A DNA stretch of 64,000 nt from Pseudomonadota bacterium (GTDB taxonomy: Bacteria > Bdellovibrionota > UBA1018 > CAIMNF01), in contig JAIYBN010000003.1 in the NCBI GenBank assembly GCA_027488515.1, positions 14,752 to 78,751 of the forward strand, read 5' to 3'. Positions 50,446-58,211 of this stretch are shown here, piece after piece. A program made the position numbers and the translations under genes. Position 1 is the first letter of the stretch. Each line of letters starts with the position of its first letter. The notes beneath the pieces are model-generated. The model did no database searches. It was given only the letters and a program-made list of their open reading frames with translations, and was not told the origin of the DNA.

Positions 50446-51131
50446 GTCCGCACCCCGGATTGCAAGCGATAGCCGAACCCCCGGACGGTTTCGATCAAGT
50501 CCGCGTCCGACCCGAGCTTTTTCCGGATTCCCACAATCGTGGTGTCGACCGTCCGATCCACGACCGCCACTCCGGGGCCTTGAATCAGGGCGACGAGCGT
50601 TGCGCGTTCAAGGGTGGTTCCCGGGCTTTTAATCATTGCCGCGAGAAGCTTGTACTCATGCGGTGTCAGGGTGAGTTCGCGGTCACGCAATAGGATCCGG
50701 GTCGCTTTCTCGTCGAGGGTGAGGACAGAGTGCGTGGCGTTGGTTCCGGATGCGACTTCCTGGACCTGGGAACGGCGCAACAAGGCCCGAACGCGGGCGA
50801 TGAATTCGCGGATCTCGAACGGCTTGGTGAGATAGTCGTCGGCACCGACCTCAAGCCCGATTACCTTGTCCATGGTTTCGGCCCGGGCCGTGAGGAGAAG
50901 GATCGGTGTCCGGATGCCGAGTTCGTTCCTGATTTTTTTGCACAAATCGAGCCCCGACATGCGCGGGAGCATCCAATCCAGGATCATCAAGTCGTAGGAC
51001 TTGGTCTTCAAGGCGCTCCAGGCGTCTTCCGCTTGTTCGAAAGCATCGGTGGCGTAGCCCTCCCGTTTCAGATGGAGGATCAGAAGCTCCCGGACGTCGG
51101 ATTCATCTTCAAGCACCAAGACTTGCTTCAT
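50442..51131 (-). CDS. phoB: PhoB/OmpR family response regulator
   Basis: ILDWMLP, GADDYLTKPF, RTVD, IETVRGFGY; located between Pit/PHP and the PhoR-like kinase. Confidence 0.75.
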   Translation of the reverse strand: MKQVLVLEDESDVRELLILHLKREGYATDAFEQAEDAWSALKTKSYDLMILDWMLPRMSGLDLCKKIRNELGIRTPILLLTARAETMDKVIGLEVGADDYLTKPFEIREFIARVRALLRRSQVQEVASGTNATHSVLTLDEKATRILLRDRELTLTPHEYKLLAAMIKSPGTTLERATLVALIQGPGVAVVDRTVDTTIVGIRKKLGSDADLIETVRGFGYRLQSGVRT

Positions 51132-51864
51132 GGAACCTTTTTCCACGAATTTGAATTTTCAGGCAAGGCGGATCTTCCTGTTCTCTGTAGAACCAGGGAC
51201 GGATCCGTTGATTCCGGATCGCGTCAAAGATGTCCGCGCGGTCTTTTTCGGCATCGACGAGGGTTTTCCAGGATTCAAATTGCTTCAGGTGATGGAGATC
51301 CGAGTTCGCGATGTAGGGAAGGCCGGATTGAAGCACTGCTGGAAAGGTCTTCTTACCACTTCCTGCTTCCCAAGCATCGAACCATGGAGCCAACTCCGAT
51401 CTCTGTTGCCACAGCTGAAGGGTCTGGGCCTCGAAGTCGTCTGTTCCAAGTGGGTGAGCCGCCACGGTCAGTGCACCTTGAGCCTTGAGTTCCCTGAGTC
51501 CGTCCACGAGGCTCGTGTCCGGGTCGACCCAATCCCGGATTCCCACCCCGAGGTAGTGGGCGGATCGGGCATTGGAAAAGTGATTCTTGGTGATTTCCAC
51601 CCCGGGGAGAACGAGCATACTGTAGCGGTTCCAGGCTCGACGGGACTCGCGGTCGATCTCCTCCAAATAGGCGGGAAAGCTGTTCCGGGTCAGGGTCCTC
51701 CCCAGAAAGCGTGCCCCCCTGCCGAGCAGACTGGACTCTTCACACAGGTGATCCGTGATGGCGATGCAGTCGAAACCGCGTTTTCCATAATGATCGATCA
51801 ACTCAGGGATGGAATGGTGTCCGTCACTGTGGCGACTGTGAATGTGAAAATCACACAAGAGCAT
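51109..51864 (-). CDS. PHP-domain metallophosphoesterase
   Basis: DFHIHS..SDG, ITDH, GVE, AAHP, NSDLH. Confidence 0.85.
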   Translation of the reverse strand: MLLCDFHIHSRHSDGHHSIPELIDHYGKRGFDCIAITDHLCEESSLLGRGARFLGRTLTRNSFPAYLEEIDRESRRAWNRYSMLVLPGVEITKNHFSNARSAHYLGVGIRDWVDPDTSLVDGLRELKAQGALTVAAHPLGTDDFEAQTLQLWQQRSELAPWFDAWEAGSGKKTFPAVLQSGLPYIANSDLHHLKQFESWKTLVDAEKDRADIFDAIRNQRIRPWFYREQEDPPCLKIQIRGKRFHEASLGA

Positions 51865-51896
51865 GCATTCAACTTGCCTGAGCAAGAACTGAATGA

Positions 51897-51925
51897 GGGT
51901 CAGGAAAATGTGAGCGAACGGTCAG
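51897..51925 (-). promoter_or_regulatory. Pho-box-like site upstream of the PHP gene
   Basis: CTGACCG-N4-CTCACAT-N4-CTGACCC (11-bp period). Confidence 0.45.
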
Positions 51926-53355
51926 ACTCCGGTCAGGGACTTGAGAGCCAGGAACAGTCCGCAGGAGAGGGCCAGGGTCACGGGGAAGGTCAGGAGCCAA
52001 GCGAGCCCGATCGAACGGACCGTCGACTTCTGGATTTTGTAACCCGATGCCATCATGGTTCCTGCAATACCCGAGGAGAGACAGTGGGTGGTGCTCACCG
52101 GAACGCCTACCCAGGACGACGCTCCGATCATTCCCATGGCCACGGTCTGGGAGACAGCGCCTTGAGCGTAGGTCATCTTCCCGCTTCCGATTTTCTCGCC
52201 GAGGGTCTCGACCACCCGTTTCCATCCGACCGTGGTTCCCAGGCCCAAAGAGAGGGCGACCAGGATCAACACCCAGATCGGGGAATATTCCACCAAGCCG
52301 ATCAGTTTGTTTCTGAGTGGGCGGACCGATTCGATCGAGTAACCCTTGGATTCGAGCTTCTTCAGTTCCGAATCGAGTGCGTAGATTTTTTTCCGGAGTT
52401 CGAGCTTCCGTTCTCCGGAGATCTGTTCCATGCCTGTCCCTTGGGCGAGGATTCCCCGGATCTCTCCCGCCTTTTCGATGGAGCGATTCATGGATTCAGA
52501 GAGGAGTGCGAGATCCGCATGGGCCACGGGGATGAGACGGGCTTTTGATTTGACCGGACCCTTTGCCAGATCTTCAGGCAAGGAGGACTTCATCTGGTCG
52601 AGGGCGATCAAGATTTCACCCCGGTTCCGCATCAACGCATCCGAAGAAATGGCGAATCGACCGGGAAGGACGGTGATCAAGATCAGCATGATCAAGCCCA
52701 CGCCTTTTTGGCCGTCATTCGATCCGTGTGCCAGGCTCACTCCGGTGCTCGATCCGATCAGCGCCAAGCGAGTCGGCCAAGAGGGAGGACCTTCAGCGGC
52801 ATCGGCCGACGCCCGGACGTCCACTTTGCGGGACAGCAGGTACAGGGCCAAGGCGGCGATTCCGAATCCGAGCAGGGGAGAAATCAGGAGCGAGGATCCG
52901 ATCTCGATGGTTTTGGTCCAGTTGACACCGGAGGAGGCGGGGAGCCCGCGCGAGAGGGCATTGCCGACACCGACCCCGATCAGGCTTCCGATCAAGGCAT
53001 GGGAGCTCGATGCCGGGAGCCCCACATACCAGGTGGCGAAGTTCCAAACGCAGGATGAAATCAGCATCGAGAACACCGTGACGAGGGTCAGGGTGGTCTG
53101 GCCCGAAGCCACGAGCTCCATCGGGAGGAGCTTCACGATCCCCATGGCGACTGAAATGCCTCCGATGAACACGCCGATGAAGTTACAGATCGCAGACCAT
53201 GCCACGGCCTGACCCGGGCGCAGGGACCGGGTGTAAATCACTGTGGCGACGGAGTTGGCAGTGTCGTGGAATCCGTTGATGAATTCGAAGACGCAGGCCA
53301 CCCCGATGGCAGCCATCAGCAACAGGACGGTGGGATCTTGGATGAGTTCCAACAT
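51922..53355 (-). CDS. pitA: Inorganic phosphate transporter (PiT family)
   Basis: NGFHDTANSVAT, PASSSHALIG, HGSNDGQKG, PVSTTH. Confidence 0.92.
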   Translation of the reverse strand: MLELIQDPTVLLLMAAIGVACVFEFINGFHDTANSVATVIYTRSLRPGQAVAWSAICNFIGVFIGGISVAMGIVKLLPMELVASGQTTLTLVTVFSMLISSCVWNFATWYVGLPASSSHALIGSLIGVGVGNALSRGLPASSGVNWTKTIEIGSSLLISPLLGFGIAALALYLLSRKVDVRASADAAEGPPSWPTRLALIGSSTGVSLAHGSNDGQKGVGLIMLILITVLPGRFAISSDALMRNRGEILIALDQMKSSLPEDLAKGPVKSKARLIPVAHADLALLSESMNRSIEKAGEIRGILAQGTGMEQISGERKLELRKKIYALDSELKKLESKGYSIESVRPLRNKLIGLVEYSPIWVLILVALSLGLGTTVGWKRVVETLGEKIGSGKMTYAQGAVSQTVAMGMIGASSWVGVPVSTTHCLSSGIAGTMMASGYKIQKSTVRSIGLAWLLTFPVTLALSCGLFLALKSLTGV

Positions 53356-53377
53356 GGTCAGTGCTCAGTTCAGGAAT

Positions 53378-53932
53378 TCAGCGGCGAGGGCCGGTGTAGT
53401 CCGGGCCACAGTGCCAGCGGTCCACGCAGGACTCGTCTTCCTGAACGGTTCTATTGCCTTTGAAGGTGATGGAGCCCGTACCGAGCGATTTCTCAACACC
53501 GTTCGCCCGGAGTTGACCCTGAGTGGATTCACCCACGAGAAGTGCACGCAGTGAAGAAGTGCTGAGGATCAGCCCGGAGCAGGTCTTGATGCCATACGGC
53601 CGGTCCGTGTTCATTTCGATGATTTGACGGGTGCCGACCGCTTGGCCGTCCGCCTGGGTCAGGAGCGCTTCGAAGTCGCAGGTTTTGCCGGCTTCCACCA
53701 AACTTCCGGTGATCACGTAATCATGGAATCCATGGTAGGGGATCTCGGGGTCTCCATAGCGGTCCACGCGCAGATCTGAATTCACTTTCAAAGTGATGGA
53801 CTTGGTTTCGCCGGTGCAGAGGGTGATCGACGCTTCGAATTCCCGATACGAGGCTCCCGACTGAGTGGTGACTTGGGCCTGACTGAGGACGGGTAAGCTC
53901 AATGCGAGCAGGGAAAATAAAATGTGTTTCAT
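53378..53932 (-). CDS. Exported hypothetical protein
   Basis: Signal peptide MKHILFSLLALSLPVLSQA; beta-rich, several Cys; just upstream of pit. Confidence 0.65.
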   Translation of the reverse strand: MKHILFSLLALSLPVLSQAQVTTQSGASYREFEASITLCTGETKSITLKVNSDLRVDRYGDPEIPYHGFHDYVITGSLVEAGKTCDFEALLTQADGQAVGTRQIIEMNTDRPYGIKTCSGLILSTSSLRALLVGESTQGQLRANGVEKSLGTGSITFKGNRTVQEDESCVDRWHCGPDYTGPRR

Positions 53933-53967
53933 GGGGCGCACTTTATCGGGGGAGTGCCGCCTGTGTC

Positions 53968-53985
53968 ATGTCAGGCTTTTGTCAG
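53968..53985 (-). promoter_or_regulatory. Pho-box-like site upstream of the exported protein-pit unit
   Basis: CTGACAA-N4-CTGACAT; -10 TAAAGT 7 nt before ATG 53932. Confidence 0.55.
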
Positions 53986-55001
53986 GGTTCAGAATCAGGG
54001 AAATCGATGGAGCGATCCAGCCAGGAAATGAGGTGATCCAATAGGGAAAACTTCATTGAGAACAATGGTTTTTTTGATTTTGGATCAAGAGAATTCCACT
54101 CTTCACCCCGGAGTCCTTCCCAGCAGTAAATCTGGGCCCGAGAGATCCCGGCGGCTTGGAGAGCCCCTAAATCCTGAAGGAGGCGCTTCGGGCGACGGTA
54201 CCCTCGGACCGGGTGCGGAAATTCGATATCGCCCACCACTCCCACATCCATGGAGGCTTTTTCGCCATACCGTGCTTTTGCCCGGAGGGCGTGTTCATAG
54301 ACCACCCTCGAATTCATGCGTCCGAGCATGCGCTCGAACTCACTCCGATACGACATGAAACTCAAGTGATCGAAGGCTTCGGGTACGACCGGAATGCCGA
54401 GCGCTTGTTCGAGGGAATCGTCCGATTCTTCTGTCAATAACAGGGAGGTCGTGACCAGGTGGGTTTGAAGCCCTCGGGAATGAAGCCAGTCAGCGAGCTC
54501 CCGGATCCGCTCTTTCGAAGATTGGAAGAGGCCCGGATCCTGATTTTGTCGAGCCTGTCGCTTGAGTTCCCCGAACCGGAGCTTTGATGCGGATTTCAGG
54601 AGTTTTTCGAGCATTTCCGGGGGAGGTTCGAGGTCCATCGAGACCCCGCTCACATTCACTCCGGCGTCCAAGAGTCGGGTGACCAGGGTGCGGACCGATT
54701 GAGTGTACTCCTCGGAATTCCACTGATTGAGCCAATAGCCTCGGTCCCGGGGCAACAAGGGCCACAGCCACACTTCCACTTGGAGCTGGTTTGCTTGACG
54801 GAGAAGCTCGCTCAGGTCCTGCTCTTCAGGAAGATGAACGGCCAGATGAAGTCTCAGGTTCCGGGCCTTCAGGGTGGGAAGGTCCTCGATCATTTGGCGA
54901 TAGGGCGTCCATTCGCTCCAGACCCCGAGGCTCATGGGGGTGGCAAAAGCGAACCCTTGGGCAAAACACAACATCCAGAGGATCCACGCGATTGATCTCA
55001 T
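53982..55001 (-). CDS. Exported hypothetical protein, possible TIM-barrel glycoside hydrolase
   Basis: Signal peptide (AFA); VSMDLEPP and LSFMSY recall GH18-like DxE and MxY motifs. Confidence 0.6.
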   Translation of the reverse strand: MRSIAWILWMLCFAQGFAFATPMSLGVWSEWTPYRQMIEDLPTLKARNLRLHLAVHLPEEQDLSELLRQANQLQVEVWLWPLLPRDRGYWLNQWNSEEYTQSVRTLVTRLLDAGVNVSGVSMDLEPPPEMLEKLLKSASKLRFGELKRQARQNQDPGLFQSSKERIRELADWLHSRGLQTHLVTTSLLLTEESDDSLEQALGIPVVPEAFDHLSFMSYRSEFERMLGRMNSRVVYEHALRAKARYGEKASMDVGVVGDIEFPHPVRGYRRPKRLLQDLGALQAAGISRAQIYCWEGLRGEEWNSLDPKSKKPLFSMKFSLLDHLISWLDRSIDFPDSEP

Positions 55002-55062
55002 TCCGGCCTCAGTCTTTATGACGAATTGAGTCAAGAGGCAACTGGCAAAACAAGGGAGGGAG

Positions 55063-55986
55063 TTATTTCAGCCGATCGAGCTCCGAGATGAAGGCCTCGA
55101 AATTTTGAAACTGCTGGAACCGGGCTCCGGACGGGTCGGAGACCTCTTGAAAGCCCCGACCGGCGATCCACAGCGAACTGAGTCGGGGAAGGTGACGATG
55201 GATGAAGCCCAGGTACTTGAGTGGCGCATCCACGGGGCCCTCTCCCTGCTTCAATGTGGAGCTGACCAGAATATGAGTCGCCTGGTAGCGGAGGGCGGTT
55301 TCGCACAACTCCTGTTTGGGCACATGAGGTCCGAGATAGAGACTCGGGATTCCACGAAGGCTCAACAAGGTGAAAGCGAACAGAAGCCCGAGCTCGTGAT
55401 GATCACCCTCGGGTGTGCAGAGAACGAATCGATGGGCAGGCCGACTGCGAGTCGAACCTCTGGCGAGACTTCTCAGGGTCGCGAGTTCCTCTTTGATCAG
55501 TGACGAGAAAATGTGCTCGAGCGAAATCGAAATCCGACCCTGTCCGATCCGTCGGTTCATCTCCACCAGAAACGGGATCAAAAACCGGGTCAGATACTTC
55601 TCCGGCGTGGACTTTTTCCTCTCGCGGCCGAGAATGCGTCGGATTTCATCCCATGAAAAGCGCTCTCCTTGGATGAACAGACTTTCCACGTTGGATTGAA
55701 CCGCGTGGGTTACCGAAGGATTCGAGTCCGGTGCGCTCAAGAGCTCACGGAGCTCGGCTTCCTTCAGCGGTGCGATCTCCTTGATGCGGTGACCGAGGGT
55801 GACCAGGTCCTTCAGCAAATTGAGCTTGGTCACATCTTCGGCCCCGTACATCCGTCGTCCGGTTTCGGTGCGCTGAGGTCTCACGGCGCGGTAGCGACCT
55901 TCCCAGCCGCGCAAAGTGAACTCGGAGAGACCGGTCAGTTCGACGACCTCCCGTAAGGAAAAGCGGGTTGAGACTTGCGTGCTCAT
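55063..55986 (-). CDS. MerR family B12-binding regulator (CarH/LitR-like)
   Basis: MerR HTH (LRGWEGRY..VRPQRTETGRRMY), SISLEHIFS, EGDHHELG cobalamin motif, YLGPHVP. Confidence 0.85.
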   Translation of the reverse strand: MSTQVSTRFSLREVVELTGLSEFTLRGWEGRYRAVRPQRTETGRRMYGAEDVTKLNLLKDLVTLGHRIKEIAPLKEAELRELLSAPDSNPSVTHAVQSNVESLFIQGERFSWDEIRRILGRERKKSTPEKYLTRFLIPFLVEMNRRIGQGRISISLEHIFSSLIKEELATLRSLARGSTRSRPAHRFVLCTPEGDHHELGLLFAFTLLSLRGIPSLYLGPHVPKQELCETALRYQATHILVSSTLKQGEGPVDAPLKYLGFIHRHLPRLSSLWIAGRGFQEVSDPSGARFQQFQNFEAFISELDRLK

Positions 55987-55996
55987 GGATATCAAG

Positions 55997-56062
55997 AGCT
56001 TAGACCTTGCCTGAGGTTTTGTATAGAAAATTCTATACAAACGGAAATGGAGGGTGTATTCT
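55997..56062. promoter_or_regulatory. Bidirectional promoter with palindromic CarH-type operator
   Basis: TTTGTATAGAA-AA-TTCTATACAAA at 56018-56041. Each arm gives a TATACA -35 exactly 17 bp from a -10 (TATTCT 56057 on +, TAAGCT 55997-56002 on -). Confidence 0.8.
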
Positions 56063-56069
56063 CACAATT

Positions 56070-56660
56070 ATGCAAACTGAGACTACGACATGGAATTTTT
56101 CGGCTGCTCAGAACTCCTTTGAACGGATGTGCTCTCAGGCACTCATGGAAATCGGCGAAGATCCGACCCGTGAAGGGCTGGTCCGGACACCTCATCGGTT
56201 CAGGAAAGCGTTTCACGAACTCACGCGGGGTTACTCGATGACCGCACGCGAGGCGGTCGGCGAAGGGATTTTCGAATCCGAGTCCACGGGGCCGGTGTTC
56301 GTGAAAGAGATCGAGTTTTTCAGCTTGTGCGAGCATCACCTGCTTCCCTTCTGGGGCAAGGTGACCATCGGTTACGTGCCTGAGGACAAGATTCTCGGTC
56401 TCTCCAAACTTGCGCGCGTGGTGGAAGTGTTCGCACGTCGTCTTCAAGTCCAGGAACGGCTGACCAAGGAAATTGCCGAGTCCATTTCGGACTTGGTCGG
56501 AGCCCGTGCTGTTTCCGTGATTGTCGAGGCCTCGCACATGTGCATGGCCATGCGCGGAGTGAGCAAGCCCGGATCCATGACCCGGACCGAGTTCAATCTC
56601 GGTGTGGAGAATCTGAACGAATTGGATCGCAGCCGCTTTTTGAAGGGGATGGATTCCTGA
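56070..56660 (+). CDS. folE: GTP cyclohydrolase I
   Basis: GEDPTREGLVRTP, SLCEHHLLPF, GLSKLAR, RRLQVQERLT, HMCMAMRG. Confidence 0.95.
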   Translation: MQTETTTWNFSAAQNSFERMCSQALMEIGEDPTREGLVRTPHRFRKAFHELTRGYSMTAREAVGEGIFESESTGPVFVKEIEFFSLCEHHLLPFWGKVTIGYVPEDKILGLSKLARVVEVFARRLQVQERLTKEIAESISDLVGARAVSVIVEASHMCMAMRGVSKPGSMTRTEFNLGVENLNELDRSRFLKGMDS

Positions 56661-57823
56661 AATCCCCCGTCCTTCGGGTCAAGTCGTGCCTCCGTGTGGA
56701 TGACAACCCGGCACTCGACTCTGCCCTGGATTTCTCCCGTCAGTCCCGGGTTCCGCTTCAGGTCTGGGTCGACCCCTGCCTGAATCCTGCGAATGTGGGA
56801 GTTCATCGCAAGCGGTTTGTAACGGACGGCTTGGAACAGTTCCAAAACCACCTCGAACATTGCGGGGTGGTTTGGCTGGATTCCGAGCCGGATTGGAATC
56901 AGGTCACCGGATTTTTGGACGACTCCCTCGGGGTCGGTCGCTTGTTCTCAGAACTCCCGGTGTCGGGATTGTCAGGGCTCCGGACGTTCACTGATTTCAG
57001 AAAGTCCATTTGTCGTTTGCCGGAAAGACCATCCGGAAATGTGGAATGGATTTTCGACTCGAAGGAACCCCCTCGCAGGGATCCAGAGGCCGATTTGCGT
57101 TCAGCCTTTCCGTTTCGAGGAGGAGAATCGGATGCTTTGGCTCATTTGCGGGAGTACTTCTCGGATCCGGTCCGGGTGAAGTCCTACAAGGCCACTCGAA
57201 ACGGCATGGTCGGGGTGGATTATTCCTCGAAGTTCTCCCCTTATCTTTCCACCGGGGTGCTCTCGGTCAGGAGGATCTGGTCGGAGATCGAGAAGTTCGA
57301 AGCCCTTCACGGAGTTTCTGAAGGAAGTGAGTGGCTCAGGTTCGAGTTGCTCTGGCGGGAGTATTTCAGGTGGCTCGCGAGTGTCCATGGAACCGGATTT
57401 TTCAGTGAACGAGGAATCCGGGACCTCTTAGTGATGGAAGCGGTTCCGGATCACGATCGATTCAGAAAATGGATGCGGGGCGAGACCGGCCATTCCTTCA
57501 TCGATGCGAACATGAAAGAACTGTTGCACACCGGATTCATGTCGAACCGGGGGAGGCAGAATGTCGCCTCCTACCTGATTCATGAATTGCAGCTGCCGTG
57601 GTGGTGGGGTGCGGACTATTTTTCCAGGGTGCTGATCGATTCGGACCCTGCACAGAATTACGGGAATTGGTCTTATTTGGCCGGAGTCGGGTCGGATCCG
57701 AGGAGTTTCGGAGGAAAGCCCAGGAAGTTCGATCCTGACCGACAAGCGGAGATGTACGATCCTGACGGGAGTTTCAGAAAGCTCTGGTTGACCGCTGACT
57801 CAGCGGATTCCGGTCCCGCGTAA
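56657..57823 (+). CDS. Cryptochrome-DASH / photolyase family protein
   Basis: LRVDDNPAL, GGE, YKATRNGMVGVDYSSKFSPYL, FELLWREYF, GFMSNRGRQNVAS, YGNWSYLAGVGSDPR; start uncertain. Confidence 0.88.
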   Translation: MKSPVLRVKSCLRVDDNPALDSALDFSRQSRVPLQVWVDPCLNPANVGVHRKRFVTDGLEQFQNHLEHCGVVWLDSEPDWNQVTGFLDDSLGVGRLFSELPVSGLSGLRTFTDFRKSICRLPERPSGNVEWIFDSKEPPRRDPEADLRSAFPFRGGESDALAHLREYFSDPVRVKSYKATRNGMVGVDYSSKFSPYLSTGVLSVRRIWSEIEKFEALHGVSEGSEWLRFELLWREYFRWLASVHGTGFFSERGIRDLLVMEAVPDHDRFRKWMRGETGHSFIDANMKELLHTGFMSNRGRQNVASYLIHELQLPWWWGADYFSRVLIDSDPAQNYGNWSYLAGVGSDPRSFGGKPRKFDPDRQAEMYDPDGSFRKLWLTADSADSGPA

Positions 57824-58159
57824 GAATACGGTCGGGAATCCGTCCTGGGTCTGGATCTGAGCGTTCTGGAATTCATTTCCCTCGGTCCGGGGGGAATAGT
57901 GGATGATCCCGTTGCACCATTGACCGGGCCCGAGGATGAACGGGCATTGAAGTTGGCACCAGAAGGATCCGAAGGTCGAGCAACCGAAAACACGAGTGGC
58001 TTGTGGGCCCCAATTCTGGACGGTGAACCATCTCGAGGAGGACATTCCCAGTCGTACCGCGCCGTAATCCAGTGACTGCGGCGTGACCTGTACCCAGGCG
58101 AGAGCGGTCGAGGACATCAGGATCAACGAAGGAAGCACCAGAGCGAGTGTCTTTTTCAT
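57800..58159 (-). CDS. Small exported Ig-like (ASH/choice-of-anchor-D-like) protein
   Basis: Signal peptide; VTPQSLDYGAV...FTVQNWG...LGPGQWC...YSP...LRGTG. Confidence 0.7.
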   Translation of the reverse strand: MKKTLALVLPSLILMSSTALAWVQVTPQSLDYGAVRLGMSSSRWFTVQNWGPQATRVFGCSTFGSFWCQLQCPFILGPGQWCNGIIHYSPRTEGNEFQNAQIQTQDGFPTVFLRGTGIR

Positions 58160-58211
58160 GCCCTGAGCATATCTTGCGAAATTTACGAATGCAATTCCGG
58201 CAATGCGGGGC

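Noticed and set aside
55987-56069. Cobalamin riboswitch near the B12-binding regulator
   Set aside because: The spacer is only ~80 nt, fully explained by promoter elements, with no B12 box.
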